Shown here piece by piece: positions 21,511 to 34,713 of a stretch of 64,000 nucleotides of DNA (positions are counted from its first letter, which is position 1; every line of letters begins with the position of its first letter). The position numbers and the translations under genes are program-made. The DNA comes from Neoechinorhynchus agilis (taxonomy: Eukaryota > Animalia > Acanthocephala), in assembly GCA_051530055.1 (NCBI GenBank), contig CM121342.1:15701480-15765479 (forward strand), in the 5' to 3' direction. The notes under the pieces are model-generated. The model did no database searches. It worked only from the letters and a program-made list of their open reading frames with translations, and was not told the origin of the DNA.

Positions 21511-24500
21511 ATGGCTGCAATGATCGCAATCCTCGCAATCGTCTCAAAACAAACTAACGGATATACACTCAATCCAATCCCGTTTGCTGTTCTGAAACCG
21601 CCTATCGATCATCCAGGTCCTCCTATGTACTTTGGATATGCTCAAACACAAATAATAGATCGCGGAAGTTTAAGGTGCGTACTTTAAGGTAATACAAATC
21701 AGAATGTCGGACGTCTTTTTATAACCAACAAACTGATGATGAACCCGACGAGGTTCGCAGAACATCTTCAATAAAAAAATATTGACCGATATTTTGCTGG
21801 GGTTATTATCCTATAAGAAGCCTTATCACAAAAGAAGAGTTTACAAAGAATTATAGTATTTAAAAACATGCAAACAGCATTAGAAAATTAAAGCGTTTCA
21901 GCGTTCGTTGCTTATATCTTGCAATATTTCTGGCTTAATATATACATTTAAGTCTTTATAAACGATAAAATTCGAAATATGAGGTATATGTTTTTAACAT
22001 TTAATCCGCTATAAATCTTTGGGATCTTTGGTAAATCACTTAAAGGTTTTTCACTCTGATAATGAGATCTCAAAAACGATTAGTAAGAATTTGTCACGGC
22101 AAAGATTGGGAGTAATTGTGCGAGATTTAGGTCACCATTTTCTATCCATTTGGAGAGTGCTTTATCTTGACGAATGTATTAAATATTCGAAAGTGCAACT
22201 TAATTTATTTTGCATCCTTAATTTTTTATGAGTAAAATTTCTGATTTATTGTGCTTGCATTCTATAAAAACATTCGATTTTCGATATTGTGACCTTTGGT
22301 GAAGATAATTCCGGTTAAAAATCATTTTATTTTACTCAAATATTTCGAAAGAGGAAACCTCGCCTTATCAATCATTGTAAATAAATCAAATCGACTAGAT
22401 GTCAATTGGGTTTTTTGAAGATGCAGAATTCGTGCTTACAAGCGACTAAATCGAATAAGCAAAAACCTTTTGAGATATCAATAATTGCTTTATCTATAAG
22501 GGATTGTATTGGACTAATAGACGAAGACTGACCTCACGTAAAATAGCTCATTCGATCTTTTAGGATGCTCATAAGTGCTCCGATAACTCGAACTCTTTAC
22601 GAGTGTTCAGAAACACAATGTGAACCCTTTCGATACCCATTTGAGCACATTTCAGCATTCAGTCTTACTAAAGTTGACAGTAGTGACAGTTGGTTTGGTG
22701 CCAGTATGGAGAGTGTTCGAAATACGAGCGTTGTGGTGAGTAGAACTTTCGTTTTCAGATCTAATCGCTCTTAGGTCTGCGAACCTCGCTTAAAACACGT
22801 TTTCAATCTAAGCCTATCAAACGTTGCTTCAATACGGATCAATGAGGAAGATATGCCTGGGATTTGCCATCTTTTTAACCTCAAAGGTCCCAGCAATCAG
22901 TTGATAAAAACTCCCGGGTTATTCGATTGGAGTGAGTGATTTTTTATACATAGCGTTCGCCTTCATGTGCTTCTATAGATCTCCAGAATTTCAATAAGGA
23001 AGGGTTCGGTCTATTCGGATTCTCAATAGCGTTGTCCCACGTACGTATTCCAATGAACATTCATGATTGAAGATCCTCCTTTTTAGAATCAAAATAATTT
23101 AATTGTTGGTGTACCTGGTTCATACTATTTCCGAGGTATCACTATTTTCTCTCAAATTCGTATTTTATTTGCTTAAAAGGACAAATTTATTCGATTCCTC
23201 TGGGGAAGAGCGATGAAATAGTCTTGAGGAAGAAAAAGTGGGTCAGGGTGCCCGAACGAGAATCTGACGATTATCGAGACGATTGGTGCTATAGAGGATA
23301 TAAGGTGGTCAGTCTTGAACTAACGGATAAACGATTGGAAGGTGAAAATCAAACGAAGGCATTAAGTGGCCTTTAGAGTTCAAGTTCTTAATTTTTTTGT
23401 TAAGACCCCTCCAGAGACAAATGTAGCGGCAAATTTCGCGCCATTTTCTTCGGTTTGGTTTGTATCACTGCGTATCCAAGCGCAGGTTGTATTCGGGTGA
23501 GATATGAAAATGTCAGAAGATCTGCCAAACCGCGATAAAATCAATGATATTTTCTAAATTGCCCTCAGGTGAACTTGATGATAAAGGTGGTGCATTAGGT
23601 GGCTCTTAACTTAAGGATAAAGTAGAGATACTGGCAAAGAAATGTTAAGTAGAAAAGGGTACATGCGACGGTGCTAATTATGATGAATGTATAAAACGAA
23701 ATCCGTTTGGATCGATTTAAACTTACCATCAAATCGTTTACCCCATAAAGAAGTTAGAATCGAGTCTTGGAACCTCCTTAGGGGCTAGAGGGGCTATGCC
23801 AAGAAAATAGGAAATCACATTTCATTTTTGTAAGTAGGAACGGCGGCATCAGTCCCACGTCTTAGCAACTACACCGGCGCAGTTGAAATTTACAACACAT
23901 CCCTTTCATTAATCTCTTCAATCCGCGGTCATCAGGTACTCGCCTTATTTTAATAATGTTAGTTTTTATCGGATATATTCCCATTATATAGGTTGGATCT
24001 TATTTCGGCTATTCTTTACTCAGTGTAGATATCGACGGTGACAGGTAAATAAACACTCACACATAAACAGGTTCACTCACTCTCACTTAGTCTGAGTGAT
24101 TTGGTGATCGGATCCCCATTCTTCACCAATGGAGAAATCTACGATTGCGGTCGGATCGACGTGTACCGCCAGAACACGAACGGAAACTTTATGCATTCAA
24201 CTAAAGTAATCGGTAAGGTTAGCCGCGGGCGATTTGGTTCACATTTGGAATCAATTGGAGACGTTAATGAAGATGGATTTCAAGGTTTGGTAACGCTGTG
24301 AGTAATCAGTTGTCGAATGTGAACGTAGATCTGGCTGTTTCTCAACCATACGGTGAATCGCCATCGGTTCACATTTTCTTCGGATCTTCTGGTGGGCTCG
24401 TTAAGGATACTAAACAGGTTATCAAACGCTATAATCTTGTTTTATGGTTACCTTGGCATTGCAGATTATCAAATCCGACAAAGAATCGTTCGGATATTCG

Positions 24501-27500
24501 TTGAAATCTTTCCAAATGAACAATAATTCCATTCTTAGTGTATCTTCCATCAAATCAGACGTGGTTTATCTTTACCGGTGAGTAAAGTCGAAGTTGTATT
24601 GCTCATATATAAAATTACCAATTCTGAATGTATTTTCCCTTAATTTTTTAGTTGACTTTTGCGATTCATAATTTTTGGGCTAGTATTCAAATGTCTGAAA
24701 CAGAATTCATAATATCCAGGTACTGGTGCAGTTTCTCACAAAATCATTGCTTGTTCATCTAATACTGTTGTAGTACTTCTTTGTAGAACCTTTTTCAAAT
24801 AATAAACAGTATTGCATGCACGTTTTCTCTTTTGTAAAATAATATTTGACTTTTTTTACTTATTGAAACTTGATACACCGCGTTCTTTTTTCTCACTTTA
24901 CCAGAATCGTTATTAACATCTTTTCTTATATAAGAACAAAATCGATATTGAGCATTGAAAAAGGCGTTATATTTACGCCCAACCATATAACTCCTTGGAC
25001 CAAAATGTTCAATATAACCATATGCATGAGATATCGTGGTTCTCGCTTGCCTGAATCGGTTTTATTCCAATCATATGCTCTTCTCGATGCCAATTCAAAG
25101 CTGCCACCGCGTCTCGTCTTCGAATCGAATGAACGATTGGAGAACCTAACAATCTCTCTCCAACGTTCAAAACTCTCGTGCTTCACGTTGCATGCTAAAA
25201 TAAGTACCAGTGGACTCGTCGACAAACTCAGTCCGGTGAAATTCGTATTTAACTATAGTCTGTCGGTCGGTTACGATAAAAATGTCGTACTTAATCAATC
25301 ACAGTCAAATCATTTGGAATTGGAGGTTTGTTTGGTGGATGATGGTTTATGGAATGGAACTTTGATGCTTAGTATTTAGATTCCAATCGAGAAAAGCTGC
25401 GGTGCGGATGGAGTCTGTGTTCCAGATTTAAGTATTGTGATGAAAAGGTATGCCAGCCTCATATATTTAAAGCTTTGGCTTTGTTTTTAAATGAGCAAAG
25501 CATTACACTCATTATGAAGGTTTCGTAAATAGTAGACACCAAATTTTAGATTATCCAATCTGTGCCATTGGGTTCCATTGTATTTATAGTAAAAAAACCC
25601 ATAATATTAATCCTATCGTTCAAAAAGCTCAAACAAATTGCTAAATCATAATGTGATAAAATTATGAATCCAAAGACAAGAGCCATTAGCTATCATTACT
25701 TTGCTTCAATAATAGACCTTCCACGGGTGATGTTTTAATTAAAATAACACTCAATTGCGCTTGCTTATTGCACTACCCTAAACCGGTGAGTTTTTAAAGT
25801 GGTTAGATTAATAAAATGTAATCAGAGTCGCTCTAAAAAAGTAAATCCGATGAGACAGTGATTTCATCACAAATCCCAAAAACGGTGATTTATTTGTAAA
25901 AAGGTCCACAACTTCCACTTTTAATTTTGTACTGTCTATGCTCTTCAATGCGTCTTATTTAGCAATGTAACCCGCTATAAGTACTCTCCGCGGAATCCCT
26001 TGAATGTGTCTATTACAGTAAGAAACCAAGGAGAAGACGCATTTGAATCAAAATGTGTAATTCAAATGCCTCCTTTTATTCACTTGACTCGGATCACATT
26101 CGCAGTGAGTTACTCCTTGTTTTCGATTTGCAAAAACCTTCCTTTTCCTTTGATGTTTTAGGATGAGCTGGTCTGGTGCGAATTTAGCAATTTCGGCGAG
26201 AATAAGACATTGCTTTCCTGCGACTTAGGGAACCCGATGACATCCAATGAAAGCAGACTTCTCTGGATTCAGCTTCAGCCAACAGTACCCGTTGAAACAC
26301 TACATTTCATCGCCAACACATCGAGTAAAAACGCAGAGTTGACCGAAAACAGTATGAGTGATAACATTTTTAAACTCAGTGTTCCTGTTGATATCGATAT
26401 GAAATTGAATCTTAAAGGTCATACTGAGTACGACCAGATCTACAGTGGGCTTAACCGATCACATGAAATCCAAGTGATGGACGATATCGGGAGTGCGGTT
26501 GTGCATGTTTACAAAGCCACTAATGCTGGACCAGTGACCATAAAAAAGATGAAAATGGTCGTAAGATGGCCCAGTAGGACTGCTGACGGACTACATCACC
26601 TTCTTTACTTATCGGAGCCTCCAATTCTATCGAGGCCACAGACGAGAGCTACACGTGACTTTTGTGAAGTCAGTACGGTGTTTCCCACGGTTCCTGCCGT
26701 TAATCCACTCGGGATTATGAAGAAGCGGAGTCCAGAAGAAGAAGTGATAATAATCAAAAGAAGAAGATTTCATACTTTAATTGATTGCCAAATTTTCGAC
26801 TTGGAACCCAATGAAAACGTTCTATTGAATATCCGGTCGAGACTATGGGAACAAACAATTCCTTTGGTGAGTTTCGGAATACTAGGCGATGCTATATGCA
26901 AGATTTACTATTTATAAGAAGCACTAGAAGATTGTAACGGCCCAAAGCATCGACCTACTTTTTATTGACTTCGAATGATTTCTAATGCTGAAATTCTACC
27001 TGACGTCCACAAGTAATGGTCATTGAATTTGATTATCTCCCTGCGCTTTATGAACAATGTAAATCTAATTTAATTCAGTAGAACGATTACAATTACTCTA
27101 AAAAGATGATATTTCTCCGCTTAGAAAGCATCAAGAGATTTATGGTTTTTTGCTTACAAAATTCATATCTTGTTCATCGCATTTTTTGAAATCAAATATG
27201 GTAAGAAATTTGAATATTATTTTGAATTTTGTATTGGTGTCGTTGTTCCTAAAAATTCGCTGATTTGGTGCTTAAAAAGTCTTTATTTTGGCGTGCCAGA
27301 ATTTGCTTAACAACGTAAATTTTTCTTCACGTCTGCCTGAAGCACTATATCCCCTCACTTAAATGAATCGTACAAATAAAATTAGACGCTTTTCAATTCT
27401 CTCCATTTAAGCTATTGTCTCCTGTGGTAAGCATCATGTCGGAATGCGAGATTCGAATTCTGGCAGCCCACACTTTCAATTCAACAACGAATGAGCTTGT

Positions 27501-27881
27501 AAAGAAGGCACAAGTAGGTACTTATTTAAGCTCAAAACGGAATAAAAGCCTTGAATTGTGCAGGTAGAAACGGTCGTATATTCCGAAAGTAGAGCGATTT
27601 TAACAGCAATGCCGGATCTTTGGGTCATTATCATCGCAGTTTGCACTGGAGTTTTGTTTCTATCGCTACTCGTTCTGACGCTATGGTGCTGTGGATTTTT
27701 CCGGCGGATTCCTAGACACTATGGGCGGTATCATGTTATGGATGTAAAAGATGACGAAGATGACCGGATGAAGAGAATCATGACCAACGATGATAGCGGA
27801 TGCATTCTCAGGGCCTATGAAAGGCAAATGAGTGGTGGAAATGTTAGATGTCCACTAAGTGCTAACAGTACTATTCTCTGA
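21511..27881 (+). CDS. Integrin alpha chain (many short GT-AG introns)
   Basis: Signal peptide, FG-GAP repeats (YFGYA, YFGYSLLSVDIDGD, DLVIGSP, RFGSHLESIGDVNEDGFQDLAVSQPY), calf domains, TM helix followed by GFFRR. Confidence 0.92.
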
Positions 27882-28857
27882 ACGCCAAAGTCAATGCTGT
27901 AAAATACATTTTTGAACTGTAAAATAAAGAAATCTCAGTCACTTGAAGCTCATGTTGATAATAAGAATTTTCCTTATCATGATTCAAATTTTTGAGAAAG
28001 TAAGAAGGATGTTCTTGCACACACAAAATGCGTTTATCGAATAAAATGGCAGTTAGTCACCCAAAAGCGTTGCAAAACTTAACTTCAAAGGCAATATAGT
28101 AAAAAACTAAAAAGTTGCAAAACTTAAAAAAATTAATTGCTGCTGATTGCTTGATATTTCGTTGTTTGTCTTAACAAAGTTGGTCATTTTTCAAATCTAT
28201 AATTCATCATTTACCGACGAAAATTGCCTCCATCACCAATAATCTATCAGGTTACCACGACGAACGTCGAAAACTGCGAAAAGGCATAGCTGCGAAGGGT
28301 AAGGGACAAACTTGACTTCCTTACTGTTGAAGATGTTCGTTTATACGAGCAATATGACAGCACGGATGAATCAGAAAAACAGGAGGCTGATGATTGTGAA
28401 TGCTTCCACAACGAAACGGAAACTGATGTTAGACCCGTGATCGGTCTTTGAATCCTAGTGTAGTAGGAAAACTTTCAGCATTCAATTGGCGCCAAAGGTT
28501 TTCTACAATATAATTTAATGTCAAAAAACCAACGGATTCGTTCATGTGCGACAACTCTTTGTCGTTCTTTAACGTCCTAAATGCTTTAAGTTGTATAATT
28601 GGAGCACTTAACACCACGCCGGATATGCTACGCACTGGTGCAAATGAATCACACCACAAAGCAAATGGATCTTTTTCGTGCAGTCTAAAAATGTGCCACC
28701 TCCCGTTCGAAAGAGCCATCCACCTCTTAATATTAAAGACATCTCGTGTAACTTTATGTGCACAAAGATTGCGCTCATACGACGACACGAATCTTGTTCC
28801 CCAAAACCAACAAGTGTGCGGATCAATCGGATAAATGGGGATTTAGTCTTTCTTGCT

Positions 28858-30573
28858 TCATATATCGGCCACTTGACCATTGCCGTTCTCAGAACCTCCA
28901 TTAGTCTCCCTTTGCTGCTTACGCTTTTCGCGTATCATCCTTCTCAACTCTATCGATTTCGATGGAATCGCCGCCGCCGCAGCCGACGACGACGACGAGG
29001 AGGAGGAAATAGCAGGTTTCGCATTTACAACCTTGTCTCGCTGACAATGGCCAACTGTAGTCGAAGATAGCGACGACGTACCAGACGATGAAAGCGTTTC
29101 AATCTCATACGAATCGTTATGCTGTGCCTTTTCCTCCACCGGTTTATCGGCCATTACCTCTTCAATGCAATCAAATGATCGGTTACATGAGTCAATCTGA
29201 GTCTGCAATACGTCCCAGTAACCGGCCAAATCATTTCCCGTAGTAAGTGGCTTGTCTTTTGATGGACACATGTTGTCATAACACAATTTCCTAACACTGA
29301 AAATGCTAAGTCCAATAAATGAACTTAAATACATATGAAAAAGCAATGAAAATACCCCGTATCCCGACCGGTTTCACAGAAACTATAAAAATCAATATAC
29401 TTACCGTTTCACCAGTTATGGTTTGGACAAAAACCTACTTGGATTGACACTGGTGGAATTTTTTTGCCTAGTCTTTTGCGAAACTATACTGAAAAGACAT
29501 CTTAGCAAACGTGTTTTTTTTCAATTGGCAAAATGTGAGGACCCGACGAGGGTCTTTAATAAAAAATTATTCACCCTGGAAAAGAGACTTCTAAACAATA
29601 CCGGATAATTTCTTTAAACCCCGGACACAAGCAACCCCGAAAACTTAGCAATTTCAGCCCGCTAAACTGTTCCATTCTCTTAGCCATTAGAAGTCTCGAC
29701 TGACCAATGGCTGCCTGAATGCTTCCACAAAGTTCCTCCTTATCACCCGAATCGGCCTGGTCGAGTAATATTATCTCATAATTCCTGCATCGCCGGTCTA
29801 ATCTATCGTATGCGGTATCTAACTTCTGCAAATACTCTATTCCGGCGGAGCAATCTCCACCATTTTCGCTACTATTGATGTCCATGACTGTTTCGGGGAC
29901 CGTCGACTCCTGCTGTTTTTGATCGTCAGAAGAAGTCTAAACGAAGATTATGAACAAAAACACTCAAAACAACCACATTCACGCGTTCATTACTCACAAA
30001 GGATGCCTCAACTTGTGGCTGTGTAGATGCCGGCAGCTGCTGCTGTTGTTGTGGAGCTGATGGATACGCTTTTGAGGAGTACCCGTTGACGAGACAAGAA
30101 ATACGCAGGTTTGATTGCTGACGGGCGTTTATTTCCCTTTTTTCGCTATAGTACTTAGCTTTGATCAGTTCGTATTTGCGATCAATGTCTTCATTATTGG
30201 CCTTCAATTCTGGTTTTGATGAAGGCTCCATTGGTTGCAGCGGCGGCGGCGACAGTTGTGCTGTGACGACCGAGAGTTTACTTGGACGACGCCAAAAATG
30301 AGGCTTTTTTGCCGCTTTATCAGGTGAAGACGAACCACTGAGACTTTGTCCGCCGGTTCTACGGGCGATCTTCTGTTTCAACACGTCGAGGAGACTAGTA
30401 CTCTTTTGTAGCTTAATCGGAGGAACCGTAGCCGAGACTGTTGTTACTGGTGCACGTAGAGTCTGAGACCTCGATGAAGAAGAGTATTTATGGTCGACCG
30501 GATCCTGTTGAAGATTCGTCGTCGAAGACGAAGCCTTCTGACGATGAGAATTTCGTCGAAACAGAAAACTCAT
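28858..30573 (-). CDS. DLGAP/GKAP (GH1) domain protein, interrupted by a non-canonical insertion
   Basis: GSIQAAIGQSRLLMAKRMEQF...LCYDNM...TGNDLAGYWDVLQTQI...IRRMIREK-like segment match the GKAP homology domain. Confidence 0.82.
29293..29663 (-). other. Non-canonical intervening sequence 6 (371 nt) in the DLGAP gene: TTAG direct repeat plus terminal inverted repeat
   Basis: ctgaaattgctaagt / acttagcattttcag pair at 14 of 15 positions; removal gives EQFRKLCYDNM. Confidence 0.83.
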
Positions 30574-31689
30574 CTCTAAAACAAGCAATCTCGTATACGC
30601 TTTTTGGTCAAAAGCACGAAGCGAGATTTGTAAACGCGAAATTAGTAAATGAGAATGGCGCCTTCCCAGTGACGTTACCCGAACTTAATTGGAATTTTAA
30701 AGCGCGCTTGGTCAAAGAAAGACTTTAATAATAAAAATGCCGTCCTTCCCAAAGATCTCACTCATCAGTTTTCGTTCGTCGCATAAGCTCGTCTTTTCCA
30801 CAACAGAACGCGCACGAACTAATGATAACACTCTTTCGGACTAAATCTCATCTACGTGCGTCGCATTCCTCGAATTTCGTGTTCGCCGAACCGACAAAAA
30901 CTTCGGGGTTGAACAGTGCAAAAAACTTTTCTTTTTGAAGAAAAAAACCCACTGTGTAACTTCGTAAGTTCACTTAGATTAGAAATCAATGAGCCCATGT
31001 TTAAAAGTTTACGATACTCGTCCGGACCGAATTTCCTGACTGATTCCATTATATAGTGAAATATGAGCATAAGGGACGAATTGTGACGGTACGCATCGTT
31101 CCTGTGCAGCCATTTCTCCCGGTTTCCGAGAAGAAAACCATATTCAACCATTAGTTAACAAAAGAATGAACCCATTGTGCTCGCGTTCTGCAGGTATAGA
31201 AATGCCATTTAGAAATAAGGACGATAGTGAATAGAAAGGTGCGTGGTTGTGTGCTCTACCAGTTCAAATAGTTCGTTTGACCTTCAGCGACAGTCCCAAG
31301 ACACTTTTCGGTTTCTTGAGCTTATGTAATCCTTAGTGCTTTTACAACAATTAGTCTAGCTTCTTACGAGGAATTCGACCTTCAAAAAACAATTTTGAAA
31401 AATTAGTTTGAAATACGAATTTTTCCATCATCGATGTCTATAGATTTAACATTGATATTGCTAAACATTTTCATGCCGGATGAAAGCAATTCATGATTTT
31501 AGTTGTTCCTGCAAGGAAAATCGACAAAATAAATTTGAAATGTGAATTTTTGACCGTCGTTGGTTTTAGAATTTTGGCCGTATTTAGGGTAGTTGATCTA
31601 TTTTAGAGGCCGAATAAAAAACTTTCTGAAATGTCGATTTGTGAGGTACTGGTTTATGTAATTGGAATTATTGTTCAAATGTCTTTACC

Positions 31690-31850
31690 CGCGGTAAATG
31701 ATTATTTATTAAAGACGTTTCGAACCTCGTTAGATTCGTTATCAGTTTGTTTGTTAGTATCGAAAGCGTCTGTTACTAACTAACAGACTGATGATGAGCC
31801 CGACGAGGTTTGACGAACGTCTTTAATAAATAATCATTTACCGCGGGTGA
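31690..31850. mobile_element. Palindromic MITE (family C)
   Basis: aaagacgtttcgaacctcg / cgaggtttgacgaacgtcttt inverted arms; partial copy at about 21705-21790. Confidence 0.7.
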
Positions 31851-32006
31851 AGACTTTTGAACAATAATTCCACTTTTAAAAATGTATTGTGTTCATTAAA
31901 TACTGAAATGTCCCTGGTTCGATTGAATAGAGTTCAATTTTTCGTTACTAATTTTAAATTAGCCGGTGCGATAGCGGCGCTTCCTCTAAGCGATCATTTC
32001 CCATAG

Positions 32007-32663
32007 ATGAGTGGCACTATCCATCTTCGTCCGGCTTTGGAACGTTGCAAACAATGGCTCTTATTCACACGTCAGTTCTATCTTTTCGATGCTAAATGGC
32101 AAGATCCATTTGAGTCCGGAAAACGAATTGCGCATATAATTCAAGGAAAACATAAACCTTATTATGATCCTCAGAGTAAGCTCAAGATTCTCAGACTCTA
32201 AATGTTTTCTTCGTTAGATGATGTCGGAGATATAGTCGTGGCTTTTAACAGTCGTTTAATTGCAATGCCGGACGATATTTGGAAATTACAGAAAATTCAT
32301 TACCATAATCGATACGCTCGATCCCATAGAATGATTCCTGCTTTTGAATTCCACGAAGATAACCCTACCGAGATTCTTAGAAACTGTGTTCGGAAGTTCG
32401 TTCGTTGTAATAATCTTCAGCGGTTCCATTTGGGTCGATTGCTTGTGTATTCGGACGATAATGTTCCCGAACACATTTTGGAAAATATAAATTTTCAGTT
32501 ACCCGGTAACCGGCGTGTTCCAAAGACCATCGATGATTATACGGAAAAAGATAAGTCAGAATTTCCTGTCGTATGTGAAATGCCGGAGGAATTCACCTTG
32601 GATTTCATCGAAGAGGATCCAATGCTTCCGCTAGAACCAAAATATTACATTAAAGACTATTGA
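32007..32663 (+). CDS. MRPL13: Mitochondrial ribosomal protein L13 (one GT-AG intron)
   Basis: QWLLFTRQFYLFDAKWQ, LQGKHKP-like IIQGKHKPYYDP, DDVGDIVV, YHNRY, RLLVYSD, VPKTIDDYT. Confidence 0.88.
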
Positions 32664-33469
32664 TCAGTTCAGAGTATTTTCTAGTCTAACCAATTTCGGT
32701 GCATTTTTGAGTTTCCTTCATTTCTACCAAAAGCAAATCTGTCATTGCATCACGTTCATCAGCGCTGGAAAAACAAAATTAAGAATTCCACGTCGCATTT
32801 TTAAATGATCTATACAGCATTTTATCAACGTCCAACTAATTCATCTTATTTTTAAAGATATTAACTTCCTATATAACAGTTCAGTTGACTGAAATCTTTT
32901 AACCGGACAGAAAACACAATAAATCAAATTTTACAATGCTGCACAGATTTGCTATCGAGAATCAGCAGTGCGATTCAGAAGGGGAATGCTGGATCCTCGA
33001 GGCGATGAAGGATAAAGGCGTTTTACGGTTCCCAACAGAACTTTTATAAAATTTTAACGTATTGCTATGTTATCCTGTTCATTGCAGTGAGTGAATCCCC
33101 TGATTAAAGGCTAAATTCCACAAAAACTATCAATTCCCACAACTGACACTTCTCCAATACTCCCCTTAGTTTCGTCATGTAAAGTCCTACGGCGTCTCAA
33201 GAAATTACAACGAAATTCTTCCCCTCAATCCCAGGGGTGAAGTGGTTTGAATCCGTTACCACCAATGACGCACAGCCAAAGGGGAGGAAATACCGCTGAA
33301 GGGAGGAAACTCACTGATGAGTCCCGCCTCCTGGAGGTATCTGACGATCCGGAGGAATGTACAAACCCTTAACCGTGCATTAGAGACTATGTGGTTATAT
33401 CACTTCTCTGATGTAATTGGTTTGGCTTCATGCCTAAAAATAAGCCGAACAAGAAGGGATAAACTAAAA

Positions 33470-34260
33470 TTTAATGACGATAAAAACAATACCGGCTTGC
33501 CAGTAAAAAACTTAAAATTCTCTTGATCAGCGAATTTATCCCCGAAATCCATTGAACATCGACGAATGGCGTTTCAATGTACCTCTTCTTTTTCTCCTGA
33601 TTGATTGTTCTCACATACGGAGCATACTGAGCCCCTCTCCTACATTTCTCAATGTATTTCTTTGGGTATCCACTCACTTTGAGATTAGTTCACAATTAAG
33701 GCTTACTGTATCCGAACAATATCGACATGCCCTGATGAACATCGATCGGACTCTTGCCAATTTGTGTTTGATCGGCTGAGCAGATATCCACGGAACAACC
33801 ATGTGCGGAACCCCTTGCTTCCTGTAGACCGATGTCATAAAACCATTATTAGAACCTTTTGTTACTTGTACATCCAGAAATGGTAGACTCATTTTCCTCC
33901 TCTTCCATTGTCCATCTTATATTTTGGTGGCAGCTATTCAGTTCCTTGCTCAGTTGTACAGTTGAACTTCTGTTGGGATCCAGAATAATGAACGTATCGT
34001 TCACATATCATAGCCAGAGCTTCACACCATTTAATTTTGACAAGTGTTCATCTTCCCATTTTCTCATGTATATCTCAGCCAATACTGGGGATAACGGGCT
34101 TCGCATCGCTAGCCCATCCATCTGGTCATAATTCACACCCTCAAACTCAAAGATTGAATATTGTGTACAGAATTGAAGAAGCTGGCGCCAATTAATAGCT
34201 GAGAGCTTCCATTCTGTGCATTTTTCGACCAATAGGTTTGTGGCTAGCTCAATTTAGATT
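33470..34260 (-). mobile_element. Decayed Penelope-like element, reverse transcriptase fragment
   Basis: FEFEGVNYDQMDGLAMRSPLSPVLAEIYM, YVNDTF, TMEEENESLPFLDV, TSVYRK; contains stops. Confidence 0.85.
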
Positions 34261-34350
34261 TGGTCTCAGGTTTAAGGTACAGCTCGACTGCCAGCTCATC
34301 TGCTATTATTGAACACAAATAAATTGAAAAATCGAAGTCTGAGAATATTA

Positions 34351-34713
34351 TTACATAAACAATAGCAATTTGGCTTTTTTGATTAAATAGACAACAACTA
34401 TATATCAAAATATGCATTGCTGTAAATCGACCGAAAAGGTGAAGCAGTGATCATAAGGCGATTGGAGGCCATAATCCGTAATATTGTGATTTAGAAGCAT
34501 TGTTTGCAGCTTAACGCCTGGTAGCATCCTTAAGTTTCGAAAATTAACCTTTTGGTTCACTCATGAGAGCACGATGACTTTCAATGGTCTCATTGACATC
34601 AATGAACGCTTAAGTTTACTGTTTGTCGGCTTTAATGTTCAAAAGCAGAATTCTAAATTCTATCAGCAAAATAGCAGATCAATTCAATTCCAAGGAATGC
34701 AAACGAAGCGAGT
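34351..34713 (+). repeat. Direct repeat copy 1 (about 360 bp)
   Basis: Highly similar to 35415-35776. Confidence 0.9.

Noticed and set aside
23403-23790. Possible TA-bounded hairpin (acccctccag / ctagaggggc) inside an integrin intron
   Set aside because: Stem of only about 8-9 bp, off register, and non-coding, so there is no frame test; could be chance.
28180-28830. Overlapping short ORFs downstream of DLGAP
   Set aside because: No recognisable domain, multiple conflicting frames.
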